From NCBI RefSeq assembly GCF_036365525.1, contig NC_090404.1, positions 7,936,001-8,000,000 on the forward strand: a stretch of 64,000 nt of DNA. Direction: 5' to 3'. Source of the DNA: Heterodontus francisci. Its lineage: Eukaryota. Below the pieces are notes generated by a model. It did no database searches, was not told where the DNA came from, and saw only the letters and a program-made list of their open reading frames with translations. Position 1 is the first letter of the stretch; the number at the start of each line of letters is the position of its first letter. Below are positions 1 to 10,430 of this stretch, one piece after another. Made by a program: the position numbers and the translations under genes.

Positions 1-114
1 GAATCCCCCCTCCCCGCTCTTATTCCAATAGTGCTGGGGATTCTCCAGTAAAGTGACTGTGAAAATCCCAATACACTTTTCGAGCTTCCAGTCTTGCTTC
101 TGAACGGGCTGGCG

Positions 115-205
115 GGGCCTCGGTTAAACGTCTGATATGAAGGACGGCACCTCCGACCCGGCAGCTTCCCTCAGTCCGGCAACTGAGTGTCAGGTTACAA
201 TATGA
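115..205 (-). mobile_element. DeuSINE/SacSINE1-like SINE fragment
   Basis: Reverse complement reads ...ctgacactcag...ctgagggaagctgccgggtcggaggtgccgtccttcatatcagacgtttaaccgaggcccc, resembling from memory the central part of shark DeuSINE-type SINEs. Confidence 0.4.
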
Positions 206-817
206 GACAGTCCGGTGATATTGTCAACATCTAGGCAGATATACACAATATACACAATATATATCTCACTTTCCGCATCTCTCTTTTTAACTCTGCCTCA
301 CCCTGTCTGTTTAATTCGCTGCCTTCCTCAATCCCTCCCTCTCTCATTCACTCTTTATATCCCCTCTCCTCTCCCTCAGTAACATGCAAAGCGTAAAATA
401 ATAGAAATCAGTCTCAATCCTTTAACATTACTGCCAAAACCATTACTAGTCACAGTTTAAAGACCATGAGGGACATTATTTAGTGGACATCACTCTGTCC
501 TGAGATTTTTTTTTAATGTGACCTGACCGATCTACACCATAACCAGGACATGTACCTGTAGAAATTGATTATTTTAATCGTTCCAAAAATGTGAAGGTCT
601 GTGCTAACACTCGGGGTAAAAATGTCTGAATTTGATCCTAACTTAAAATGATTGAGGAATTTCACTGATCCCTGTACCGACAGCACTGACTGTAGAAACC
701 CGATTGGTCAGGTTGTAATTTCTCTTTCATTTTCTGTACAATCTCTGTGGAACCAAAGCCTGGTATTTTCCTGAGGTGCAACAAACCCGCCACCCACACA
801 GATACCGAGACTTGACC

Positions 818-856
818 TGTTTTTGTATTCGGCCCGAGGGACCCTCATTCACTTTG
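818..856 (-). other. 23-RSS of inverted V pseudogene, defective heptamer
   Basis: Minus strand: CAAAGTG (856-850) + 23-nt spacer + ACAAAAACA (826-818); the essential CAC is mutated to CAA. Confidence 0.85.
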
Positions 857-1298
857 GATCTCAAAACACAGTAATACAGGGCGCTGTCTGTGATCTTCTA
901 GTTTTTCATGGACGAATGAAAAGTGCCTTGTGTTCGACTGATTTTCCCGCTGAATTGCTCAAAGCCGGAATCCGTATCGTTTTACCAATAAATATCGGCT
1001 CTGAGCGCATAGCGAGGGGCTTGCTGTCGATAGCAGAACAAGTAATAGCTTGTAGCTGAATCTGATACAGAGTAACTGCAAGTTATTGCTAAATATGCAC
1101 TCCTTTCTGAACCGGCTCTTTGTTCTGACTGACCTACTCATCTCTGGAAATAAACAGCGGACACACAGCGGGTTGGACGGTGTAACAGAAAGAGAAAGTG
1201 ATGGAGATGGGAAATTATATAAAAATCACGAAATATTGTAGGAAGGCCCCAATATCACTGACTTGTGATCAGGACAGTAACCAGAACCAACCTCCATG
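857..1298 (-). pseudogene. TCR alpha/delta-type V pseudogene (inverted relative to neighbours)
   Basis: V exon ~1143-857 reads ...AITCSYSVSDSATSYYLFCYRQQAPRYALRADIYW*NDTDSGFEQFSGKISRTQGTFHSSMKN*KITDSALYYCVLR, followed by a 23-RSS. It has two stops and W>C in the WYRQ motif. Leader remnant WRLVLVTVLIT + GTCAGT donor at ~1298-1257 has no in-frame ATG. Confidence 0.85.
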
Positions 1299-1666
1299 GT
1301 TCCAGTCTGAACTCCTGAAACAGACTGTGATCATTATCTTTATGGAACCTGGAGTGGGGCAATGCCAAACAGCGCCAGATCTCATCTGCTCGGCAGGGAT
1401 TTCTTCTCCCCGCCCATTGTATCTCTCTGTGCAGCCACTTCCTGCAGCAGGGGACCATGATCGTTATCAAGTGATCAGAGAGCACCCTGCCGTGGAGAGT
1501 ACAAGGCTCACACCGAGCATTGGAAATCCGCACGGACAGGCACTGATAAACACGCAGGCACATACACAGATATACAGAGAGATAAACACAGTCGATAAAC
1601 ACACAAGATGCTGTTGAATTCTTTTAGCTAAACTGCAGAAACTCTGAGAACGCAATTTACCTCACA

Positions 1667-1685
1667 TTGCCACTAGAGGGAGCGC
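1667..1685 (+). promoter_or_regulatory. CTCF-like motif
   Basis: TTGCCACTAGAGGGAGCGC matches the core CCASYAGRKGGCRS with one mismatch; part of a ~45-bp element repeated at 2630-2675. Confidence 0.55.
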
Positions 1686-2641
1686 ACTCATTGTGTTTGT
1701 GTTTTCACTTCAGTAGATCAATCTCAAGGTCACAAGGTACTGGCAGATGAGGAAGGCCGTTCGTCCCATCTTATTTGGTCCTTCCAGCAAACCACACGCC
1801 CCTACAATTTCCGTTAGTTACAAAGGTAATTTCATGGTTTTGGACTCTGTCTCTTCGCGTGGAGGCCATTCCCATCTGTCCATCACTCTCTGACCAACAA
1901 TCAGTTGATATCAATCCTAAAAGACTGTTTTAGTTTTTTCCTATCAACTCAGACCATTCAAGCTGAAGAGTCAGCCTCCTGGATTAGCTGTGCAGTGCCC
2001 CCATGCTTGAATGTCTCCATTGTTCCTTTGCGGCCAGAACTAAATACAGCGCCCATGGTTCGGACAGGACTCCCTTTCACTTGTGTCTTTGTTGGTTCGA
2101 TGTTAAGCATCTGATTGGTGTTGTCGATTTCTCTCCTGAAATCCCTGCCCGTGTGGAATGTGATTTCAATGTCTTTATCGTAACTCTCTCTGTCTCGAAG
2201 ATCTCTCTCTCTCTCTCGCTCTCGCTTTCTCTGTTTCTGTCTATCTCTGCCGTGTTCCACGAATGTGCAGAGTGTAGAAAATTCAATTTCTCCCAGACTC
2301 TCGGTTCAATGAGTTTTTCGCATGAAGTACTCCATAAATAGTATCAGTTATAATGGATAAAAGATAATAACCACAGCTCAGAGGCTAGTTTAATGTAGCA
2401 GCATTGCTACTAAAGTCCCACAGTATATCGAATAGGCATAAATCATGAGACATGTTTACATCCATTTTATATGATCCGGTGATTAATGTTGTCTGTGATT
2501 TCATCTTTAAAACGACCAATATTACACCGTTATGGCATTTTAATAAGAATAACATGGATAACGTGACATAATCATGCAACAACATCCTTCAGTGGTTTGA
2601 GAATTCGTCCATTTCCCAGGCAGAGGGTCATTTACCTCACA

Positions 2642-2660
2642 TCGCCACCAGAGGAAGCTC
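2642..2660 (+). promoter_or_regulatory. Weaker CTCF-like motif (paralogue of 1667-1685)
   Basis: TCGCCACCAGAGGAAGCTC within the duplicated atttacctcacat.gccac.agagg.agc.c.ctcat.gtgtttg element. Confidence 0.35.
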
Positions 2661-2699
2661 CCTCATCGTGTTTGCAGGTTCACTGCGACAGATCAATTA

Positions 2700-3040
2700 C
2701 TAGAATCATAGAAGGTTTAAGGCACAGAAAGAGACCACTTGGCCCATCCTGTCTGTGCCGGCTGAAAAACAATCCGCCTATTCTAATCGCACTTTCCAGC
2801 ATTTGGTCCGTAGCCCTGCAGATTACGGCACTTGAGGTACCTATCCAGACTCATACCAGATCACAAGGCACTGGGCAGGCCGTTCTTCCCGGCTGTTCTT
2901 TCCATCTTTTAGTGTCGTTGGTAATACCAGCATTTATTACCCATCCATTTTGCCCTTGAGCAGTTGGTGGTGAACCGCCTTCTTGAACCGCTGCAGTCCA
3001 TGTTGTGTACGTACACCCACCGTGCTGTTAGGGAGGGAGT
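2700..3040 (-). mobile_element. CR1 and L2-like LINE 3' tail fragments
   Basis: tagaatcatagaaggtttaaggcacagaaagagaccacttggccc... matches the CR1 tail at 40742; ccagcatttattacccatcc...cttgaaccgctgcagtccatg matches the LINE tails at 26890 and 56335. Confidence 0.7.
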
Positions 3041-3094
3041 TTCTACATCAGTTCTCAGACAGTTGTACTGTTTCGATTCAAAAAATGAGAAGTA

Positions 3095-3113
3095 GGGCCA
3101 CCAGAGGGCGCAG
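3095..3113 (+). promoter_or_regulatory. CTCF motif upstream of V leader
   Basis: GGGCCACCAGAGGGCGCAG, near-consensus core, ~180 bp 5' of the leader ATG at 3292. Confidence 0.7.
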
Positions 3114-3291
3114 AACTAAGACAAACACGTCAGCATCGGATTGTTCCCTAACCCTGAGTGAAAATATGAGGTAGTTACGTTCATACCTAGCAGAAAATAA
3201 TACCATCAATTGCACATCGGAATCATCCCAAATTAAATCGATTTTCCAGTAATATTGCTGATCGGCCGAGCACAGAAACCAGGAAAACGCA

Positions 3292-3663
3292 ATGAATGAA
3301 ATAGCAATTGTCACTTTTTTGATTTTATCTGAGTGTTTTGTGCAGAAAAGAGTTCGCCGTTAGAGCATGTTTGCCCGTTTCTCACTATATGTCTGTTATG
3401 TATCGACAGTTATCGGCGGAGAAGCTGAGATCCAGCAACCACAGCAGATGTTTGCACAAGAGACAATCGATTGAAATCCAGCGGCACGGACAGTATCCAC
3501 TGGTACAGAGAACCGTGGCCCCAAATTCATTCTGTCCACCATCAGTGGCAACACCATTGACTGGTGGTTCAGATTCTTTACCGGTCCAAAAAGAAGTTAC
3601 AACATTCTCGGTATTGGCAGCACCGCGGTATCAGACGTTGGAGTGTATTACTGGGCAGTGAGG
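3292..3663 (+). pseudogene. TCR alpha-type V pseudogene (TRAV4/TRAV26-like framework)
   Basis: Leader-like MNEIAIVTFLILS at 3292; acceptor AG 3408-3409. Frameshifted pieces IGGEAEIQQPQQMFAQE / SGTDSIHWYR / RGPKFILSTISGNTIDWWFRFFTGPKRSYNILGIGSTAVSDVGVYYWAVR. First Cys region deleted and second Cys>Trp. Confidence 0.8.
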
Positions 3664-3702
3664 CACTGTGAGACAAAGACTGAGCGCTCCAATACAATAT
3701 CG
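3664..3702 (+). other. 23-RSS
   Basis: CACTGTG + 23 nt + ACAATATCG directly after ...YYWAVR. Confidence 0.75.
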
Positions 3703-3796
3703 ACTGCAGGTTCCTATCAGACAATCTCTACACATCTATTTTTCTCTCCTGAATGTGTTGACTCCTATATTGGGTAGAGTTCCACGGGCTCCATTC

Positions 3797-6280
3797 ATCC
3801 TATAAGCAAAGTCCTCCTTACATACATCTGGGGGCTTGTGCCAATATTGCGAGAGATGTCCCACAGACCACTCAAGCAACAGCCTGGCGTAGTCATACTC
3901 ACGGAATCATACCTTACAGACAATGCCCCAGACACTGCCATCACCATCCCTGGGTATGTCCTGTCCCACCGGCAGGACAGACCCAGCAGAGCTGGCAGCA
4001 CAGTGGTATACAGGAGGGAGGGAGTTGCCCTGGGAGTCCTCAACATCGACTCTGGACACATGAAGTCTCACAGCATCAGGTCAAACATGGGCAAGGAAAC
4101 CTCCTGCTGATTACCACCTACCGCCCTCTCTCAGCTGATGAGTCAGTACTCCTCCATGTTGAACACCACTTGGAGGAAACACTGAGGGTGGCAAGGGCAC
4201 AGAATGTACTCTGGGTGGGGGACTTCAATGTCCATCACCAAGAGTGGCTCGGTAGCACCACTACTGACAGAGCTGGCCGAGTCCTAAAGGACATAGTTGC
4301 TAGACGGGGTATGCAGCAAGTGGTGAGGGAACCAACAAGAGGGAAAAACATACTTGACCTCGTCCTCACCAATCTGCCTGCTGCAGAAGCATCTCTCCAT
4401 GATACTATCGGTAGGAGTGACCACCGCACAGTCCTTGTGGAGACGAAATCCCGCCTTCACATTGAGGCTACCCTCCATCGTGTTGTTTGGTACTACCACC
4501 ATGCTAAATGGAATAGATTTCGAACAGATCTGGCAATGCAAAACCGGGCATCCATGAGGCGCTGTGGGTCATCAGCAGCAAAATTATACCCATCCACAAT
4601 CTGTAACCTCATGGCCCGGCATATCCCCCACTCTACCATTACCATCAAGCCAGGAGACCAACCCTGGTTCAATGAAGAGTGCAGGAGGGCATACCAGGAG
4701 CAGCACCAGGCATACCTCAAAATGAGGTGTCAACCTGGTGAAGTTACAACACAGGACTATCTGCGTGCCAAACTGCATAAGCAGCATGTGATAGACAGAA
4801 CTAAGCGATCCCATAACCAACGGATCAGATCTAAGCTCTGCAATCCTGCCACATCCAGCCGGGAATGGTGGTGGACAATTAAACAACTAACTGGAGGAGG
4901 TGGCTCCATAAATATCTCCATCCTCAATGATGGGGGAGCCCAGCACATCAGTGCAAAAGATAAGGCTGAAGCATTTGCAACAATCTTCAGCCAGAAGTGC
5001 CGAGTTGATGATCCACCTCGGCCTCCTCCTGAAACCCCTAGCATCACAGATGCCAGACTTCAGCCAATCCGATTCACTCCGCGTGATATCAAGAAACGAC
5101 TGAAAGCAGTGGACACTGCAAAACCTATGGGCCCTGACAATATTCCGGCCAAAGCACTGAAGACCTTTGCTCCAGAACTTGCCGTGCCCCTAGCCAAGCT
5201 GTTCCAGTACAGCTACAACATTGGCATCTACCCGGCAATGTGGAAAATTGCCCAGGGATGTCCTGTACACAAAAAGCAGGACAAATCCAACCCGGCCAAC
5301 TACCGCCCCATTAGTCTACTCTCAATCATCAGTAAAGTGATGGAAGGTGTTATCAACAGTGCCATCAAGCGGCACTTGCTTAGCAATAACCTGTTCAGTG
5401 ACGCTCAGTTTGGGTTCCGCCAGGGCCACTCAGCTCCTGACCTCATTACAGCCTTGGTTCAAATATGGACAAAAGGGCTGAACTCAAGAGGTGAGGTGAG
5501 AGTGACTGCCCTTGACATCAAGGCAGCATTTGACCGAGTATGGCATCAAGGAGCCCGAGCAAAACTGAGGTCAATGGGATTCAGGGGGAAAACCCTCCGC
5601 TGGCTGGAGTCATACCTCGTGCAAATGAAGATGGTTGTGGTTGTTGGAGGTCAACCATCAGAGCTCCAGGACATCACTGCAGGAGTTCCTCAGAGTAATA
5701 TCCTAGGCCCAACCATCTTCAGCTGCTTCATCAATGGCCTTCCTTCAATCATAAGGTCAGAAGTGGGGATGTTGTGATTGCACAATGCTCACCATTCACA
5801 ACTCCTCAGATACTGAAGCAGTCCGTATAGAAATGCAGCAAGACCTGGACAACATCCAGGCTTGGGATGATAAGTGGCAAGTAACATTCGTACCACACAA
5901 GTGCCAGGCAATGACCATCTCCAAGAAGAAAGAATCGAACCATCTCCCTTTGGTGTTCGCTGAATCCTATATCGCCTATCAACATCCCAGGGGTTACCAT
6001 TGACTAGAAACTGAACTGGAGTAGTCATGTAAATACCGTGGCTGCAAGAACAGGTCAGAGGCTAGTAATCCTGCAGCGTGTAACTCACCTCCTGATTCTA
6101 CAAATCCTGTCTACCATCTACAAGGTACAAGTCAGGAGTGTGATGGAATACTCTACACTTGTCTGGATGGGTGCAGCTCCAACAACACTCAAGAAGCTCG
6201 ATACCATCCAGGACAAAGCAGCCCGCTTGATTGGCACCCCATCTACAAACATTCAGTCCCTCCACCACCGATGCACAGAG
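3797..6280 (+). mobile_element. Non-LTR retrotransposon (CR1/L2-group), APE endonuclease + RT, defective
   Basis: ORFs 3838-4110 and 4170-5777 carry VILTESYL, VGDFNVHH, SDH, YRPISLL, ALDIKAAFDRVWH, AGVPQ. The FADD motif is destroyed by a deletion at ~5770; frameshifted continuation to ~6280. Confidence 0.9.
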
Positions 6281-6699
6281 TGATGTAACGATGGGGAACT
6301 GCATGATACGGTTCCGCATGATGTTCCCAGGATCTGTTACTCTGCAGTCGAGGAAAACGCCTATCGGAGCAGAAATACAGATGTCCGTCCCAGTGCACTG
6401 CTGGTCCAACCAATGGCCAAACAAGGAACAAAGCACAGGGGTAGAAATCTCTTCAATACCACGGCGGAAGCAAAGCGGGTCAGAGCGAGAGCAGTAAATG
6501 ATAACTGTGGGCGGGGTTGCTGGAAATGCCAAATTGAGGGAATTCAGGACTTGGTTAAATCGCAGAAGGTGCATGGTCTCGCTCGGCTGGACTCGGAGTT
6601 GATGGAGTGCCATGGAGATGGTGGGCCTTCGAGAATTCTGTGGCCAGAATGTTTCTTCTCACTGTTCAATTGACTGGGAACAATTAGTGTGGGAGGGTG

Positions 6700-6820
6700 A
6701 AATAAAAACAAGAAATGCTGAAAACGCTCAGCAGGTCTGGCAGTATCTGTGGAGAGAGAAGCAGAGTTAACGTTTCAGTTCTATGACCTTTCATCAGTTC
6801 TGATGAAACAGCCCGAAACC
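6700..6820 (-). mobile_element. Penelope-like pseudo-LTR remnant with hammerhead-like core
   Basis: Minus strand CTGATGA aaggtcatagaact GAAAC gttaac tctgcttctctctccacagat...; same repeat family at 26650, 30600, 33440, 42300, 56540. Confidence 0.6.
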
Positions 6821-8079
6821 CCCTCGACGTCGTCACTCTAAATCGGATCAAATAGACTCCACCGGAAGAGGGCGCCAAGTTCGACAATGGTAATTAGGAG
6901 ATCACGGGATGCCAAAGCCACAGCCAATACCGATCATAGCCGGAGTGAGGTCACAATGGGACCGCCTCCTACTGTGATCATTTCCACAAGCACTTCACAA
7001 CATAACTGAGCCGGAAATGTTGGCTCGACATTAAACAGCCCGCTTGAGATGAGGTTACCCGGACTACCTTCAACCGGTCACTGTTTGCAACTATTTTCCA
7101 ATATCATAAGCTTACCACTTTACAGCCTCCATCTATCTGTCAATTATTCATTTTAACATAACTATATCTCGTATAAATGCATAAATATCCACCGCAAAGA
7201 GGGGCGCACACACATTCAGAACACCGAGCAATTCCAGAGGACTAAACTGCTGCATTAACTCTCTCTATTATCACAATTCCTGCCTAAATAGGCATTTATA
7301 GAAGGGAATAAGATATATATCTGAAAGAGACAAATTTACAGGTCTATGGGGGATGAGCAGTGCAGTGACACTAGTCAAATGCCTTCACAGACACGATGGA
7401 CCGAATGGCCTCATCCATTGCAGTAGGATTCTATGAAATGAGCTCAGAAGGAAATTAAAGTGCGACTGGGGCGAGGGGGGGCGGGGAGGCGGTGGGGGTG
7501 ACATTGACACAGGAAAACTGGCATCATTCAGTCTCTGGCCAACTGTGGCTCTGGGGCGATTTGTCATAGACTTTCAGTCGTTATTTGTGATTAAAAATCA
7601 TTTACTGTCCCCGGGTAACGCCAAGGGTAGCTCAGTACTGTCTCTGTAAAATACCATTCCTACATGCAATGAACTGAATAACTGAGTGAGAGGGATTCTT
7701 TCCCTTTTCACTGAATACAATGAATCGCAAATCTTTCCACGATGGTTTCCGCTGACCCCTCTCTAAACTAACCTTAAATAAGTTCTTTGCGATTAAATTG
7801 TTGGAAAAAGAAATAGAGTTTACAAATTGGCTCGAAATACTGTCCAGTGGATTCTTCACTGAAACATTTCTCATGTTGCCTCACACACAGCGACCACATC
7901 AATTCTTCCTGTTCCCTGATGATGTAACATTGTCAATAACGGATATGACATGGCGGCAGAGTCAGTTCCCTTTCTATCACGGTCACAGGGTTAAATAGTT
8001 CAGCCTACTGCGGTGCTGGTGGCTGTTTTTGCCACTGTAGAGAAAGTGTCGATGCTCACATTGTGACTCGTGGACAGTG

Positions 8080-8529
8080 ATGTGTTTCTCTATTTATTTC
8101 AGTGTGGTTTTAGCCCTCTCTGTGTTGTGTAAGTACATGTGGAATCTGTGTACAAATAAACACTAACAGGTCTGGCTATTGAGGCGGCTATTTATAAATG
8201 TTCAATTTCTCTTCCAGCCGGCAGTGCTGGCGGCGATTCTGTGCATCAAGACTATTTGACCAGGACAGTGCGGGAAGGGGAAGCGGTGACGCTGAATTGT
8301 AGTTTTACAACAGATACAGACCCTTACCTTTCCTGGTACCGGCAGCTTCCCGACCGGACTCTGGTAAATGTGTTGTTTATCACCCAATACGGCACCTTCC
8401 CAGCCGACTTCTCCAAGGACAGTTTCACAGCAGAGCTGAGCACAGAGGAGAGCACGGTTCAGCTGAGAGTTTCTGCGGCGGAGCTGTCAGACAGCGCCGT
8501 GTATTACTGTGCTCTGAGAGCCACAGCTA
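8080..8529 (+). CDS. Intact TCR alpha/delta V gene segment (leader exon 8080-8128, V exon 8218-~8529)
   Basis: Leader MCFSIYFSVVLALSVL + GTAAGT donor (8129), phase-1 intron, acceptor AG 8216-8217. In-frame V: SGSAGGDSVHQDYLTRTVREGEAVTLNCSFTTDTDPYLSWYRQLPDRTLVNVLFITQYGTFPADFSKDSFTAELSTEESTVQLRVSAAELSDSAVYYCALRA. Both Cys and the Trp are intact; the CALR end is typical of TRAV/TRDV. Confidence 0.93.
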
Positions 8530-8568
8530 CACAGCTACACAGCTCCGTGTCCGCCCTGTACAAAAACC
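8522..8568 (+). other. 23-RSS with triplicated heptamer
   Basis: CACAGCT at 8522, 8530 and 8538; perfect nonamer ACAAAAACC at 8560-8568; spacers 31, 23 and 15 nt. Confidence 0.9.
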
Positions 8569-9174
8569 TCAGCACACTGTGTGTAACTAGAACTGTGTGT
8601 GACTGCACCACCCGCTCTGTGATGGTCTGAATTGGACAGTTATTCTCCGGATAGAATGTTCCCGCAGTGCAGCTCCCATTATCTCCGAATAGAGGAGTCA
8701 GATTTCAGATTTCATTCACTCTATAATGAGGAATCGACAGGCGAAAGCCTGCCAAAGTTTAGTAGGCCAACTTACCGGGTAATGTGTGTTAAATTGCAAG
8801 TCTCCCCTATTCACTGCCCATGTACTTTCCCGTTCTGTTTGTCATGTCGCTTTCACAAAGACACCAGAGGAAATCTTCCCCTTGTGTATCTTCAGCTGAA
8901 GATTAATCAACCCGATCCCCATCAACTAGCTCAGTCTGATTAGTAACAGCGAGTGAAATAAGCTGAACACCTACATTCAATGCCTTTGTTTCTTTGGGAG
9001 AACTTCCCTCAGATCAGGCAAAGATAAAACTTTCTCTCAGATCAATTGGAGATCAATCTGTCTCTCTGCTCAATTAGAGATCCATCTGCCCACGTTTGTT
9101 ACTCTTTCGCTCTGATGAGCAGAATGTGACTTTAATGCCTCAATTCTCTGAAATAAACACGAGCTTGTGGTTAA

Positions 9175-9250
9175 GGAAGTGACATCAGACCACTCAGAGC
9201 CACAATCCTCTCAGTTTTCTCTAATTGGTGCGCTGCAGGAAGTGACGTCC
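9175..9250 (+). promoter_or_regulatory. V-gene promoter: tandem ETS+CRE decamer elements
   Basis: GGAAGTGACATCA (9175-9187) and GGAAGTGACGTCC (9238-9250), with ATTGG between them, 80-155 bp upstream of the leader ATG at 9331. Confidence 0.65.
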
Positions 9251-9330
9251 GACCAGCCTCAGCTCTTTCTGTTTGATGTCCCGCAGGTTTCTGAGACGCA
9301 GAAAGTCCCTCGGATTCCGGAGCAGCAGCA

Positions 9331-10391
9331 ATGCGGCTCCCTGTTCTCGCCGTGCTCTTGGTAACATTTATAATCGGTAAGAGGTTTAAAACTTTAAAAA
9401 GGGATTAATTTCTAGAGAAATAAATTTGAAAAACAAGAGTTCATGGTAAACTTCTGTCGAACTTGGTTAGACCAGAATTGGGGCATTGTGAGCAGCTCTG
9501 GTCGCTGTATGACAACAAGGATGTAAGGGCAAAGGAGAAAATGGAAAAAAGATGATGCCGGAATTGAGAAATAATAGCTATCAGAAAACATTGTACAGGC
9601 TGGGGCTCTTTTCTCTCGTAAAGGGAAGACTGAAAGGTGATAGAAGCCTTTAAAATTATGAAGGTGCTCGATAGGCAGAACTGGAGAAGCTTTTGCCACT
9701 TGCGGTGCAAACAAAACAATGGGTCATAAATGTAAGAGTCACCAAAATATCCACCAGGGAATTCAGGAAAAAATCCTTACCCAGAGAGTCGTGAAAATGT
9801 GGAACTCGCTACCACAAGGAGTTGTTGAGGTGGACAGTATAGATGCATTTAAGGGGAAGCTGGATAAAGAGATGAGGAAGAAAGGGATGGAAGGATATGC
9901 CGACAGAGTGAGATGAAGAGGGGTGGGGAGTGTGAAACCTGGCATGGACCAGTTGGGCCGAATGACTTTTCCTGTGCTGTAAATTCTATTCAATCTTATG
10001 AAACACTGACTGTTAATTTTCACCATCAGTTGGGTTCAGTCGAAGTTTTAATCGATGATTTCTGCTTTCTTTAACCGTGTGTTCCAGATCTGAGCGATGG
10101 AGATTCTATTACTCAGCGGGAATCCTCGCTCACACTGACAGAGGGAGAAGATGTCACTTTAACCTGCACCTATACTGGAGATGTGTATTACTTATTCTGG
10201 TATCGCCAATACCCAGGCAGGCAGCCCGAGTTTGCAGTCCGGAGGTACACGAGCGGCGGTGATGAATTGAAGGCGGATTTCGCTCAGGACCGGTTTTCTG
10301 ATACAGTCCAGCAGTCAGACAAGTTGTACTGATTGACCATCACGGAACTGCGGCTGTCTGACACAGCGGTCTATTACTGCGCTCTGAGTCT
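9331..10391 (+). pseudogene. TCR alpha/delta V segment with a single premature stop (leader 9331-9376, V exon 10088-10391)
   Basis: Leader MRLPVLAVLLVTFII + GTAAGA donor; acceptor AG 10086-10087. V: DLSDGDSITQRESSLTLTEGEDVTLTCTYTGDVYYLFWYRQYPGRQPEFAVRRYTSGGDELKADFAQDRFSDTVQQSDKLY*LTITELRLSDTAVYYCALS, with TGA at 10330-10332. Confidence 0.92.
9440..9985 (+). mobile_element. Old CR1 3' fragment inside the V leader intron
   Basis: Translates to TQRVVKMWNSLPQGVVEVDSIDAFKGKLDKEM (CR1 ORF2 C-terminus), followed by the gggccgaatgact tail. Confidence 0.8.
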
Positions 10392-10430
10392 CACAGTGAT
10401 GGGAACGAGTTACAGCCTCGTACAATAACT
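10392..10430 (+). other. 23-RSS, consensus heptamer
   Basis: CACAGTG + 23 nt + ACAATAACT. Confidence 0.92.

Noticed and set aside
1958-2341. Overlapping ORFs with RERERE/SLSLSL
   Set aside because: Produced by a (CT)n microsatellite; no recognisable domain.
8530-8630. C-terminal part of ORF 8241-8630
   Set aside because: Read-through into the RSS and flank; not part of the V segment.
8080-10430. NAR-TCR arrangement (NAR V plus leaderless supporting V delta) or IgH-like/TAIL V segments
   Set aside because: Both Vs have their own leader exons and TRAV/TRDV-type frameworks, with no extra Cys and no D/J between them.
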